From NCBI GenBank assembly GCA_903825435.1, contig CAIKAP010000199.1, positions 1,771 to 65,770 on the forward strand: DNA of 64,000 nucleotides. Reading direction: 5' to 3'. Shown here piece after piece: positions 9,564 to 21,647 of this stretch. Under the pieces are notes generated by a model that did not search any database, was not told the DNA's origin, and worked only from the letters and a program-made list of their open reading frames with translations. A program made the position numbers and the translations under genes. The stretch is from an uncultured Verrucomicrobiota bacterium (lineage in GTDB: Bacteria > Verrucomicrobiota > Verrucomicrobiia > Palsa-1439). How positions within the stretch are numbered: the stretch's first letter is position 1; every line of letters begins with the position of its first letter.

Positions 9564-11584
9564 AAAAAACTCGCCACCGGTGACGGCGTGTCAAGCACGC
9601 GGCGGATAGTCTTGGCCAGCCCGGAGGAGGTAAACGGTTTCGACAGCAGGATAACGCCTTTAGGCAGGTTGCCGTCGCGGGTAAACACGTCGCGGGTGTA
9701 GCCGGAGGCGAAGATGATCTTCAGTCCGGGCCGCTCGGCATGCAGGGTCTCGGCGAGTTCCTTGCCGCTCATGCGTGGCATGATGACGTCGGTGAAAAGG
9801 AGGTCGAGCGGGTTGCCGTCGAGTTGGCGAGCGAGACGGAGGGCTTCCTCGCCGTTCTCGGCGGTAAGGACGGTGTAGCCCAGCTCGCGGAGAATCAGCG
9901 TGATGAACTCGCGCACGGCGGGTTCGTCTTCGGCAACGAGGATGGTCTCGGTGCCGCGCGGGAGTTGGTCGTTGGGAACGAGCTGGCTCTGGTCGGTCTC
10001 CTCCATGCCTTCGGCGGCTGGCAGGTAAACGCGGAAACTGGTGCCCTTGTCTTGTTCGCTATCCACAAAGAGGTGGCCGGCGTTTTGGCGGACGATGCCG
10101 TAGGTGGAGGCGAGGCCGAGGCCGGTGCTTGTACCGGATTCCTTGGTGGTGGAAAACGGCTCGAAAAGGCGCTTCTTGGTTTCATGGTCGAGGCCGTGGC
10201 CGGTGTCGGAGACGGTAATCAGAACGTAGTTGCCGTGTTTGACGTTGGGATGAGTGCGGGAGAACTCGGTGTCGAGCGTGATGTTGGCTGTACTGATCCG
10301 CAGGCGGCCACCGGTGGGCATGGCGTCGCGGGCGTTGAGGGCGAGGTTCATCAGGATCTGGTCAATCTGGCAGCGGTCGGCTTTGACGGCGCGGAGGTTT
10401 GGGCCGCGGTCAATGACGATCTTGATGTTCTCGCCGATGACGCGTGTTAGCATGGACTCATAGTCGAGGATGATGTCGTTGAGGTTGAGTAGGCGCGGCT
10501 GGAGGACCTGTTTGCGTCCGAACGCGAGAAGCTGTTGCGTTAGCGCAGCGGCGCGTTGGGCGGCTTTGCCGACCTCGATGGCGTGGGTGTACATTGGGTC
10601 GTCGCGTGGGATTTTCTCCAGGATGCGCTCGTTGAAGCCAAGGATGGCGGTGAGGATGTTGTTGAAATCGTGGGCGACACCGCCGGCGAGGCGGCCGATG
10701 GCTTCCATTTTCTGCGCTTGGAGAAGCTCTTCCTCCATGCGTTTGCGTTCAGTGATGTCGTTCATCATGCCGATCATGCGGATCGGCTTCTGGTTTGCGT
10801 CGGTCAGGAACGAACCGCAGTCGTGAATCCAAAGGTAACTGCCGTTCTTGTGGCGGAAGCGGTATTCCACGTCGTAGGGCATGGTGGTCTGCTCCGCGGC
10901 TTTGAGCAGGCGCATCGCTTCCGTCTGATCTTCGGGGTGGATGCAGTCGGCCCATTGCTCGAGGCCGCCGCCGAAGTCAATGGGGGTGTAGCCCAACACG
11001 TTCTCGATGCTGCCGCTCCAAAGTATGGCGCCGGTTTTCAGGTCGTAGTCATAGACGACTTGGCCGGAGGAGGCGGCGACAAGTTCGTAGCGTTGTTTCC
11101 ATGCGGCGACTTCAGCTTCGGCACGCGCGCGGCGGGTGATGTCAAAAAAGATCGTGGCAAGCCGTTCGTGGCCGGTGGCAAACGCGTGGACTTCGTAAGC
11201 GCGTCGGATCTGAGTTGCCTCGACGCCGATTTGCTGGGAGCGCCAGGCGCCGCCGTCGCGGGCAATGCGGCGGTATTGTCCGGGCACCTCGGTGTTGGCA
11301 AGGGTGGGGAATGCTTCCTCGATGGTCTTGCCGATGAGGGGTGCGTGGGTGACGCCGAGGATGCGGTCAGCGGCGACATTGGCGCCGGACAGCACGAGGT
11401 GGGTGTCGTCTTCGAGCGTGAAGAACTGCATGCCCATCGGCGAGGATTCGATGATGTTGCGGAAAACGTCTTCCGCCGGTGGCGGTTGGGATTTGTCGGT
11501 GGGTGTTGATGTGCGGCGCGGGCGCCAGAGACGGGCGATCAGCCCGATCGCGTCATGTTTCCCCGATTGCAAGCTACTGGCCAT
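9557..11584 (-). CDS. Cytoplasmic hybrid sensor histidine kinase (PAS-PAS-HisKA-HATPase-receiver)
   Basis: H-box HDFNNILTAILG, N box LNLALNARDAM, G boxes DTGHGLD and GTSTGLGLA. The C-terminal receiver has ILVAEDEP..DLLFTDVIMPRMSG. There is no obvious TM segment. Confidence 0.9.
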   Translation of the reverse strand: MASSLQSGKHDAIGLIARLWRPRRTSTPTDKSQPPPAEDVFRNIIESSPMGMQFFTLEDDTHLVLSGANVAADRILGVTHAPLIGKTIEEAFPTLANTEVPGQYRRIARDGGAWRSQQIGVEATQIRRAYEVHAFATGHERLATIFFDITRRARAEAEVAAWKQRYELVAASSGQVVYDYDLKTGAILWSGSIENVLGYTPIDFGGGLEQWADCIHPEDQTEAMRLLKAAEQTTMPYDVEYRFRHKNGSYLWIHDCGSFLTDANQKPIRMIGMMNDITERKRMEEELLQAQKMEAIGRLAGGVAHDFNNILTAILGFNERILEKIPRDDPMYTHAIEVGKAAQRAAALTQQLLAFGRKQVLQPRLLNLNDIILDYESMLTRVIGENIKIVIDRGPNLRAVKADRCQIDQILMNLALNARDAMPTGGRLRISTANITLDTEFSRTHPNVKHGNYVLITVSDTGHGLDHETKKRLFEPFSTTKESGTSTGLGLASTYGIVRQNAGHLFVDSEQDKGTSFRVYLPAAEGMEETDQSQLVPNDQLPRGTETILVAEDEPAVREFITLILRELGYTVLTAENGEEALRLARQLDGNPLDLLFTDVIMPRMSGKELAETLHAERPGLKIIFASGYTRDVFTRDGNLPKGVILLSKPFTSSGLAKTIRRVLDTPSPVASFLW

Positions 11585-11703
11585 GGCGTGTGTGTGACTT
11601 CAGGCGGTATTTGTACGCGGCGTCGTTTCGGTTCGCAAGCTTTTTGCGGCTGATGTTTTACGGATGTTGTCAGCGTCGTCAAACTGCTCTATCATTATCC
11701 GCA

Positions 11704-12528
11704 ATGCCGCACATGTGGAAACAGACGCAGGACCACGAGCATACAGGCGCGATGCTGGAGCGGTTCGGTTCCGTCACGCAACTGCTGATCTGGATCAACG
11801 TCGCCGTCTTCTTGGGCCAGCTTGGTTGCGCGGCGTTCCGGTGGGGTGCGTTTGAACAACTCTTTGCGCTTCAAGCCGACGGCATCCAAAGGGGATTTCT
11901 CTGGCAGCCGCTGACCTACATGTTCCTGCATGGCGGCATCTGGCATCTGCTGGTGAATCTGTTCGTGCTCTGGTTTTTCGGGCGCGAGGTGGAGTTGTTC
12001 CTCGGCGCGCGCCGGTTCACGGAGCTGTACCTCGGAGGCGGCGTTGCGGGGGCGGTCTTGTGGCTGGCGTTCAACCTTCAGTCCACCGTTCCCGTCATCG
12101 GTGCGTCGGCGGCGGTGCTGGCGTGCGTGATCGCGTTTGCGACGATGTTCCCGGACCGCGAGGTGACGCTGCTGGTGTTCTTCGTTTTGCCAGTTACGTT
12201 CAAAGCAAAATACCTCGCGCTGATCGCCATCGCGTTCGACGCGGTGCCGTTGCTTGAAGGCGCCTCGACTAACGTCGCGCACCTCGCTCACCTTGGCGGT
12301 GCCGCGCTCGGCTGGGTCTTTGTCAAGGCGCTTGGCTACGGCCGTCCGTTGCAGCTTCGCTGGCTGCATCGGGCAAGACCGTTGCCGCGCTCAGCCGAGG
12401 ACTTCATGCGGGAAGAGATTGATCCGATCTTGGACAAGATTTCCCGCGACGGGATGCAGAGTCTGACGCCACGCGAGCGCAAGATTCTTGAATCAGCGCG
12501 CGATCTGTTGCAAAAACGGCAACGGTGA
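11704..12528 (+). CDS. Rhomboid family intramembrane serine protease
   Basis: Contains FLHGGIWHLLVNL, the catalytic Ser motif GASAAVLACV and the His in AHLAHLGGAALGW. The ATG at 11704 is chosen. The stop overlaps the glnE GTG (GTGA). Confidence 0.8.
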   Translation: MPHMWKQTQDHEHTGAMLERFGSVTQLLIWINVAVFLGQLGCAAFRWGAFEQLFALQADGIQRGFLWQPLTYMFLHGGIWHLLVNLFVLWFFGREVELFLGARRFTELYLGGGVAGAVLWLAFNLQSTVPVIGASAAVLACVIAFATMFPDREVTLLVFFVLPVTFKAKYLALIAIAFDAVPLLEGASTNVAHLAHLGGAALGWVFVKALGYGRPLQLRWLHRARPLPRSAEDFMREEIDPILDKISRDGMQSLTPRERKILESARDLLQKRQR

Positions 12529-15500
12529 AACGCATGGCTACCTCCACGCGCCGCCCCTCGCTCAGCCGGCTGTTCGGTGCGCGGCCGCTGCCGAAACCGG
12601 AAGTGGAGAAGATCCTGCGTGCATACGGGTTCCGCGACGCGGCGCAGATCATCGCCGCCTTGCCGCGGTTGCACGCTAATGAACAGCAACGCCGCAGCTT
12701 GCGGCTCTTGTTGCCGCGACTGGTCCGCGCCTGCGCAGCATCAGCGGATCCCGACCGCGCGTTCATCCATTTTGAACGGCTGGCCGCCGCGTTGCCTCAC
12801 CCGAACATGCTGTACCATTACCTGCTGGATGCGCCCGAGGCGCTTGACCTCTTAGTGACGGTGTTCGCCCATAGCCAGGCGCTCTCCGACACGCTCGCCC
12901 GCAACGCCGGGTACTTCCATTTCCTCATCAGCCCGGAAACGCTGCGCGCGCCGCGTTCGAAAGCATGGCTCCATGCTGAACTGACACGTCTGCTCCTTGG
13001 TAGCCGCGTGCCCGCTGAGCGCTACGACATCGTCCGCCGGTTCCGACGGCGCGAGACGTTGCGGATCGGCGCGCGTGACCTCGTCGGACATTCCACGGTC
13101 GAGGAAACCACCCTCGAACTGTCCAACCTCGCCGACGTTTGTCTCCAGGCCGTTTTCGACATCGCGCAGCAGAAGCTCGCCGTGCAGTTCAAGTTGTCAG
13201 GCGACGCCATCCGCCACTTTGCTGTCATCGGCATGGGCAAGCTCGGTGGACAGGAGTTAAACTATTCTAGCGATGTGGACGTGATCTTCGTCTATGACGC
13301 CGACGGCGCGCTCACGACAGCGTTGTCGCGGCAGGAGTTTTTTACCAAGCTTGCCGAGGAGATCATCCGCGCCGTGGGACGACAGACAGACGAGGGGACT
13401 ATCTTCCGCATTGATCTGCGCCTCCGCCCCGAAGGCGCGAGCGGGCCGCTGGCGTTGTCGTTGCCAAACTACGAGAACTATTACGCCGAGCGCGGCGAGA
13501 CTTGGGAACGCATGGCGCTGCTCAAAGCCAGGCCCGTCGCCGGCGATGCCGAGGTGGGCCGTCAGTTCCTCGATCTCGTGCAGCCGTTCGTGTATTCGCG
13601 CCACGCGGGCGAGAACGTCGTCCAGCAGATGGCCGCTATCAAGGCACGCATCGAACGCGAGATCGTCACCGATGGCCAGCTCACCCGGCACGTCAAGCTC
13701 GGCATCGGCGGCATCCGTGAGATCGAGTTCATCATCCAATCGTTCCAGGTGCTGCGCGGCGCGCGCCTACCGGCGGTGCGCGAGCGCAACTCGCTGCGCG
13801 CCTTGTCGATGCTGGTGAAAGCCAACCTGCTCGCCGCCGCCGAGGCCGACGCGTTGGCCGACGCGTACCGGTTCCTCCGCAACGTCGAGCACCGCCTCCA
13901 GATGGAAATGGAATTGCAGACCCACACAATTCCCGACGAGGAACAGGCGCTCGTCCGCCTCGCCCGCAGTCTCGACTTCCGTACCGTGAAAGAATTCTTT
14001 ACCGCGCAGCAAACGCACACCGGCGCCGTTCGCCGCATCTACGAGGCCGTCCTCGCCAACGCCGATCAACGCATCACACCCGCCGTCGCGCAGCTTGCCG
14101 ACGACAAACTTCCCGACACGCTTCGCGACGCCGGGTTTGCCGACGTGCCCGCCGCCGTCCGTCGCGTCGCCAACCTGCTACACGGTTCCGGTTTCATCCA
14201 TATCTCGCAACGGACCAAGGAGCTTTTCGCCGGCGTGTTCGCCGTCGCGCTCGATTGCTGCCGCAAGCTGCCCGATCCCGATGCCGCGCTGTTGCACTTC
14301 GATGCATTTGTCGGCGCGTACGGTTCGCGCGGCATGCTTTACGAGGTGTTGTTACGGCATCCGAAGCTCATCGAGGTGCTTTTCCGTCTGGGTGACGGGA
14401 GCCGCTATTTCTCCGAGACGCTCCAGCGCGAGCCGGGCCTCTTTGACGAGCTATGCCACGGTGGCGATCTGAACGAACCGAAGAACATTGACCGGATGTG
14501 CGACGAATTGATCGCAGCGGTCACCAACGCGCCCGACACGCCGCCGTTGGACGTGGTGCGCCAATGGAAACGCGCCGAAATGCTTCGCGTTGGTATCGAG
14601 GACATCATGACCTTGGTGGACGTCGAACATCTGCACCGTGAAATCAGTTCGCTCGCCGAGGCTGCCCTCCGGTTTGTACTTGACCAAGCCCGTCGCGAGT
14701 TGCATTTGGACGTGTTGCCCTTCGCTGTCATTGCCCTCGGCAAATTCGGCGGTGAGGAACTTGGCTACGGCGCCGACCTCGATGTCCTCTTCGTCGGCGA
14801 AGAACAAACCGACGCCATACGTCTTGCTGTGAAAGTCATCGAGTATATGTCGTTGCCGACGGACTACGGTTCGCTCTTTGCCATGGACACGCGGCTGCGG
14901 CCCGATGGCGAGAAAGGCGTCCTCGCCAGTTCGTTGGAGGCCCACTGCGATTACTACCTCCAGCGGGCACAGCTTTGGGAGAAACTCGCGTTGACTCGCG
15001 CCCGGTACGTCGCCGGTGACGAATCGTTGGGGCGCAGATTGGTTGAGATGGTCCACGGTGTCATCTACGCCGGGCCGATCACCGACGCCGATATCACCGA
15101 AATCCGCCGCATGCGCCGCCGTATCGAGACCGAGCGCGGCGATCAGACCTGCGTCGAACTCGAATTCAAAACCGGCCCTGGCGGCCTGATGGACGTAGAG
15201 TTTCTTGTCCAGGCACTCCAACTTCGCTACGGTTACGCCCATGCCGCGCTTCGTGGCCCGCACACGCTCGCGACGTTGAACCGCCTAACGGCGCTCGGCT
15301 TGGTCGAGGAAAAGGACAGTTTTGTTCTACGCCGCCACTACTTGTTCCTGCGGCGCATCGAGTCCGTGCTGCGTCGCGCTGAGAACACCAACGTCTCCCG
15401 TCTGCCGAGTAGCGAACGCGAAGCGGGATTGCTTGCTCGCCGGCTCGGCTTCGTTGACGCCGCTGCCTTCCTTGACTCGTACCGACAAGCCACGCGGGTC

Positions 15501-15542
15501 GTGCGCGACATCTACAACCGCGTGATGAGCCAGTCGACGTGA
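12525..15542 (+). CDS. glnE: Bifunctional glutamine synthetase adenylyltransferase/adenylyl-removing enzyme
   Basis: 1005 aa with two nucleotidyltransferase cores: GMGKLGGQELNYSSDVDVIF and LGKFGGEELGYGADLDVLF. Confidence 0.9.
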   Translation: MKRMATSTRRPSLSRLFGARPLPKPEVEKILRAYGFRDAAQIIAALPRLHANEQQRRSLRLLLPRLVRACAASADPDRAFIHFERLAAALPHPNMLYHYLLDAPEALDLLVTVFAHSQALSDTLARNAGYFHFLISPETLRAPRSKAWLHAELTRLLLGSRVPAERYDIVRRFRRRETLRIGARDLVGHSTVEETTLELSNLADVCLQAVFDIAQQKLAVQFKLSGDAIRHFAVIGMGKLGGQELNYSSDVDVIFVYDADGALTTALSRQEFFTKLAEEIIRAVGRQTDEGTIFRIDLRLRPEGASGPLALSLPNYENYYAERGETWERMALLKARPVAGDAEVGRQFLDLVQPFVYSRHAGENVVQQMAAIKARIEREIVTDGQLTRHVKLGIGGIREIEFIIQSFQVLRGARLPAVRERNSLRALSMLVKANLLAAAEADALADAYRFLRNVEHRLQMEMELQTHTIPDEEQALVRLARSLDFRTVKEFFTAQQTHTGAVRRIYEAVLANADQRITPAVAQLADDKLPDTLRDAGFADVPAAVRRVANLLHGSGFIHISQRTKELFAGVFAVALDCCRKLPDPDAALLHFDAFVGAYGSRGMLYEVLLRHPKLIEVLFRLGDGSRYFSETLQREPGLFDELCHGGDLNEPKNIDRMCDELIAAVTNAPDTPPLDVVRQWKRAEMLRVGIEDIMTLVDVEHLHREISSLAEAALRFVLDQARRELHLDVLPFAVIALGKFGGEELGYGADLDVLFVGEEQTDAIRLAVKVIEYMSLPTDYGSLFAMDTRLRPDGEKGVLASSLEAHCDYYLQRAQLWEKLALTRARYVAGDESLGRRLVEMVHGVIYAGPITDADITEIRRMRRRIETERGDQTCVELEFKTGPGGLMDVEFLVQALQLRYGYAHAALRGPHTLATLNRLTALGLVEEKDSFVLRRHYLFLRRIESVLRRAENTNVSRLPSSEREAGLLARRLGFVDAAAFLDSYRQATRVVRDIYNRVMSQST

Positions 15543-15821
15543 CCAGCAACCGGCTTCACGGCGATCACCCCGTCTGTCGATAGTTTGTTCGTCGGGCAGA
15601 AAGGTCTGGAAGTCGGAGAGGAATGTTTCCTGCGACTTCGATCCCTCGGTGACGATCAGCAACGGACGGTTGGAGATTCGCGTCAGCAAGGCCGCGACAA
15701 ACGGCTGTCCGGCGTCGGCCATCGAATTCAGAGACAAAAAAGCCCCTTCCGAGAGTCTCCGTTTCAACGGGGGTGTCAACGGAGACCCCATCGCAACTTC
15801 GAACAGCGTGTCTTGGCTCAA
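15543..15821 (-). pseudogene. Possible N-terminal remnant of transcription-repair coupling factor (Mfd-like)
   Basis: EGAFLSLNSMADAGQPFVAALLTRISNRPLLIVTEGSKSQETFLSDFQTFL resembles the first ~80 aa of Mfd (G..G.a.a.l.a.l...p.lvv......a..l..dl..fl). The frame then degenerates and runs into the glnE 3' end. Confidence 0.35.
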
Positions 15822-16041
15822 ACTGTGTAGCAGCCGCCGTCTCGGTGTTGCCCGGGACGGGCGCTACTACACGAACAACGTCGGCAGTCTAGCATCCAAC
15901 GGCCAGCAAGGCAACATGCCGGGGTTTCAGCTTGTGTCTAATCCGCTGCCGAAGTACTACTTTCAAAGTACGGCAGCATTGATCCGTTATGACAATCCAA
16001 CTGACCTGCTGTTCGTGGCGTCATCAGAAAGATACCAATGA
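15649..16041 (+). CDS. Hypothetical small protein upstream of the kinase (true start uncertain, possibly ATG 15916)
   Basis: The ORF stop overlaps the kinase start (ATGA at 16038-16041). The 5' half overlaps the Mfd-like remnant on the other strand, so only the 3' part is likely to be coding. Confidence 0.25.
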   Translation: MTISNGRLEIRVSKAATNGCPASAIEFRDKKAPSESLRFNGGVNGDPIATSNSVSWLKLCSSRRLGVARDGRYYTNNVGSLASNGQQGNMPGFQLVSNPLPKYYFQSTAALIRYDNPTDLLFVASSERYQ

Positions 16042-17165
16042 CTGGGATACGGCATAGTCGTACAAGTATATTCGACCTTCAGCCGGACGATGACATTATT
16101 ATCGGTGATCTAACCTATTCCGTGAAGCAGTCATCATGCGGTGGGATGGGATTTGTCCTCTTTCTTCGGAGAGAGTCTCGGAGAGGCGTCGCAATGGCAC
16201 CTCAGCATGTGAGCGCCGACAGCGATGACCCGATAGACTTTCTGAACAGTCTCAACGCGCAGTCTCGTCAAGGCCGCATAAGTGTTCACGGGACTAAGCT
16301 GGCGTTGAAAACTGTCCGACCTGACGCTGTGGGTGCCGAAGGCAAGGCGCTTTTCAAGCGAGAGCTCACAATCTGGGCTGCGCTTCGCCACCCAAGCATT
16401 GTGTGCCTTAATGAGATTTTGGACGCAGGTTCCGACGGCTGGGTCGCCGCAATGGATTGGTGTCAGGGTTCTCTGAGAGACATTCTAAACAAGAGGCAAC
16501 GGCTATCCCTCAAAGAAGCCACTGGCATTATCGGCGACCTTCTCGACGGCCTCGCTTTCGCGTACCATCAGGACCGGGTACTCCACCTCGACCTCAAGCC
16601 GGAAAATATTCTCTATGACCTCGATATTGCGCCAACGGCCAGAAATATTCTCTACGAGGTTGCTGGTGACGCCCAAGCCAAGATTCCCAATACCCCGATA
16701 AACAAATGCAGGTTCATGTTGGCTGATTGGGGTATTGCGTCAATCAAGCAACCACAGCTCAACGCAATTGCAGGAACGCCGCCCACATCGCAAGCAGCGC
16801 TGCGTACTTTCAATCACATGGGTACTCTGCTTTACATGGCACCCGAGAGATTCTGTGAAGGTTTTCATTCCTCCATTGCCTCAGACGTCTTTTCGCTTGG
16901 GATGATTTACCTCGAAATGCTGACTGGCACCCTACCATACAGACAGGGTGTTCACCCTGTTGAGTCCCTTCTCACCGGGCGGTACCACCAAGACGCAGAA
17001 GTTCTTATGTCCAAAGCAAGAGTTCCGAGGAGCATTTGCAGGCAGATCCTTTCCATGCTGGCAGCTAATCCTAACAGCCGACCAAACGATCACACTGCCT
17101 TGGCCGGCTCGATAGCAAGAGCTTACAAAGAGACTGGCAGTTTGATCTCTAAACTGTTAAACTGA
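16038..17165 (+). CDS. Hanks-type Ser/Thr protein kinase, atypical (HLD catalytic loop, DWG instead of DFG, two inserts)
   Basis: G-loop CGGMGFV, beta3 Lys in TKLALKTV, Glu in FKRELTIW, VLHLDLKPENIL, MLADWG, LYMAPERF, DVFSLGMIYLEMLTG. GC is lower than in the flanks. Confidence 0.8.
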   Translation: MTGIRHSRTSIFDLQPDDDIIIGDLTYSVKQSSCGGMGFVLFLRRESRRGVAMAPQHVSADSDDPIDFLNSLNAQSRQGRISVHGTKLALKTVRPDAVGAEGKALFKRELTIWAALRHPSIVCLNEILDAGSDGWVAAMDWCQGSLRDILNKRQRLSLKEATGIIGDLLDGLAFAYHQDRVLHLDLKPENILYDLDIAPTARNILYEVAGDAQAKIPNTPINKCRFMLADWGIASIKQPQLNAIAGTPPTSQAALRTFNHMGTLLYMAPERFCEGFHSSIASDVFSLGMIYLEMLTGTLPYRQGVHPVESLLTGRYHQDAEVLMSKARVPRSICRQILSMLAANPNSRPNDHTALAGSIARAYKETGSLISKLLN

Positions 17166-17172
17166 CTATCCA

Positions 17173-17796
17173 ATGAGTATTTTTGATCTTTTTAAGCGGC
17201 GCGAGGATGCACACCGTGATTTGGAGAGCTTGCCGTCAATGAAACGCCCGGCGAGAGCGGTAGAGTTTGATCTCACGTGCAAGCGTGTTGCGGACCTTCA
17301 GGCCGTGGGACGTGAGGCCGACGCAAGCAGAGCAATCTCGGATTACCTCGAAGGACTCTTTCAAGAATGGAAGAAGGAGCCCGACAACTCAGTTTGCTTG
17401 AGGCTCCTTTGTACTGCCGCCAAGAAATTTGGAGCACTTGAGAAAGCGAAGGATTACTTTTACAAAGTCATCCAAGCCAACGAGGTTACACCTATAGTTG
17501 ATCTTACGGTCGTCTATTACGACTTAGGTGGAATCTATCACAAATTGTCGGGAACCACCGAAAAGGAGTTTTGGTGTTTCCGTATGGCAACCGAAGCTGT
17601 CCCTCCAAAAAACTGCAAGTTTCCCGCAACTAAGAAGGAAAAAGCTAAGGCACACCATTTTGCCTTTACCTGCATGCGCGCCGGTCACTTCGGGACCGAG
17701 GAAGAAGCACGATACCATGACCGCAAGCGTAGAGAGCTAGCACCGGAAATCGACTTCGATGATTTTAAGCAATGGGTGAAGTGGCTAGCAGGATAA
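17173..17796 (+). CDS. Hypothetical helical protein (207 aa)
   Basis: Starts 7 nt after the kinase stop on the same strand, with low GC. It is predicted to be all-helical and TPR-like by eye, with no motif I can name. Confidence 0.55.
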   Translation: MSIFDLFKRREDAHRDLESLPSMKRPARAVEFDLTCKRVADLQAVGREADASRAISDYLEGLFQEWKKEPDNSVCLRLLCTAAKKFGALEKAKDYFYKVIQANEVTPIVDLTVVYYDLGGIYHKLSGTTEKEFWCFRMATEAVPPKNCKFPATKKEKAKAHHFAFTCMRAGHFGTEEEARYHDRKRRELAPEIDFDDFKQWVKWLAG

Positions 17797-17913
17797 TGAG
17801 CGAATCTCAAGAATCGCTCTTTACGACAAAATCGAAGATTAACCCTTGCCGAGACGTTTCTGGAGATATTGAAAGCGGCACGGTGGAACGATGATCCAGC
17901 AAGTTGAGATACA

Positions 17914-18480
17914 ATGAATATGATTCGGATTAGTAAACTTGATGCTGCACGTCGTCAGTTGTTTGCCGCACTACAGCTTTACTTTGAGGATGGAGACACG
18001 GTCGCAATACACACGCTGGCTGCGGTCGCGCACGAGATTTTGTCTGTTCTGGTTCGGAAGAAAGGCGGAGCGACGATGCTTGATTGGGTTAAGGCGCTTG
18101 TCACGCCAGAGTTTGAGAAACAACTGATTGATTGGGCTCGCCAGCCGCAGAACTTCTTCAAGCATGGAGGTAAAGACGCGAACTCAAATATCGAGTTCGA
18201 TACAAAACTGACCGAGTTCTTCTTGTTTGATGCCTGTTTAGCGTATGGCAAGGTCGAGGCAATTCCGAAAGGCGACATCACCGCCGAAGCCACGCGAATT
18301 CAAATCGCATATCTTACATGGTATCTTCTGCATAGGCCAACAGCGCTTCGACCTGATAGTGACCTCGCAAGAATGGTCAGCGCATTTGAGCCTTATAAGC
18401 ACGGCACCAGAAGTGATTATCTGAAGCAGATCAGACTGGCGCGCCATGACTGGTCGGGGCCATCGGATACTACGGTGTAG
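17914..18480 (+). CDS. Hypothetical helical protein (188 aa)
   Basis: Same strand and same low-GC islet. Its stop lies 4 nt from the convergent mdh stop. Contains ..ARQPQNFFKHGGKD.. but no assignable family. Confidence 0.55.
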   Translation: MNMIRISKLDAARRQLFAALQLYFEDGDTVAIHTLAAVAHEILSVLVRKKGGATMLDWVKALVTPEFEKQLIDWARQPQNFFKHGGKDANSNIEFDTKLTEFFLFDACLAYGKVEAIPKGDITAEATRIQIAYLTWYLLHRPTALRPDSDLARMVSAFEPYKHGTRSDYLKQIRLARHDWSGPSDTTV

Positions 18481-18484
18481 GCAG

Positions 18485-20933
<2,449 letters not shown>

Positions 20934-20937
<4 letters not shown>

Positions 20938-21647
20938 AGAATGTGATCATCATCATTCTGGCAGTCGCGCTGTTGCTGCTGGGAATGTTGTACATAGAAG
21001 GGTTGCGCTCGAACCGCTCTGTTCGCGAACATCATGTGACTGTTAGTAACGATCTGGTGCGGACCACCACGCAGTTGGTCGCGATCACCAACCAGTTAAC
21101 GGTGACCCAGACGGAAGTGGCGGCTGTCAAGTTGCAGTTGGCAGCGCGCACGACGGAACTGGAGCAGCGCACCACCGAGAAGGTAAAGACGGAGGAGCAA
21201 TTGACGCAGAGCCGCCAGCAGGCGGATGCGGTTCGCAAGGACTTGTTGGCGGCCCAACAGCAGATCGCCGAGCAGGCGAAAAAGATCGGGATGTTGGAGG
21301 TGGATCGCGGTCATTTGGTGCAGCAACTGGGGGCAACGTCTAACCAACTTGCCGTCGTCAGCAGTAAGTTCTCAGACTTGGAGAGGGCGCACGCAGATGC
21401 GCTCGCCCTGATCGAGAAGCTGCGCCAGCGGGTGATGCGCTTGGAAATGGAGAAGGCGTCGCTGGAGCGACGCTTGAACGACTTGGAAACGTTGCGCGAA
21501 CAGGTTCGGGTTGTCAAACAACGGTTGTGGGAGGTGAAACTGGCTGAGTTGAAACGCCAGAACGAGGAAGGCTTGGCCAAGGGCAACCGCGGTTTCATCA
21601 TGCAAGAGGGCCAGTGGAAGATCACAGCGCCCCAAACCCCGAAATGA
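20934..21647 (+). CDS. Membrane-anchored coiled-coil protein, hypothetical
   Basis: N-terminal TM segment [21 protein letters not shown], then ~200 aa of Q/E/L/A-rich heptad-like sequence. It has ATGA overlaps at both ends. Confidence 0.6.
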
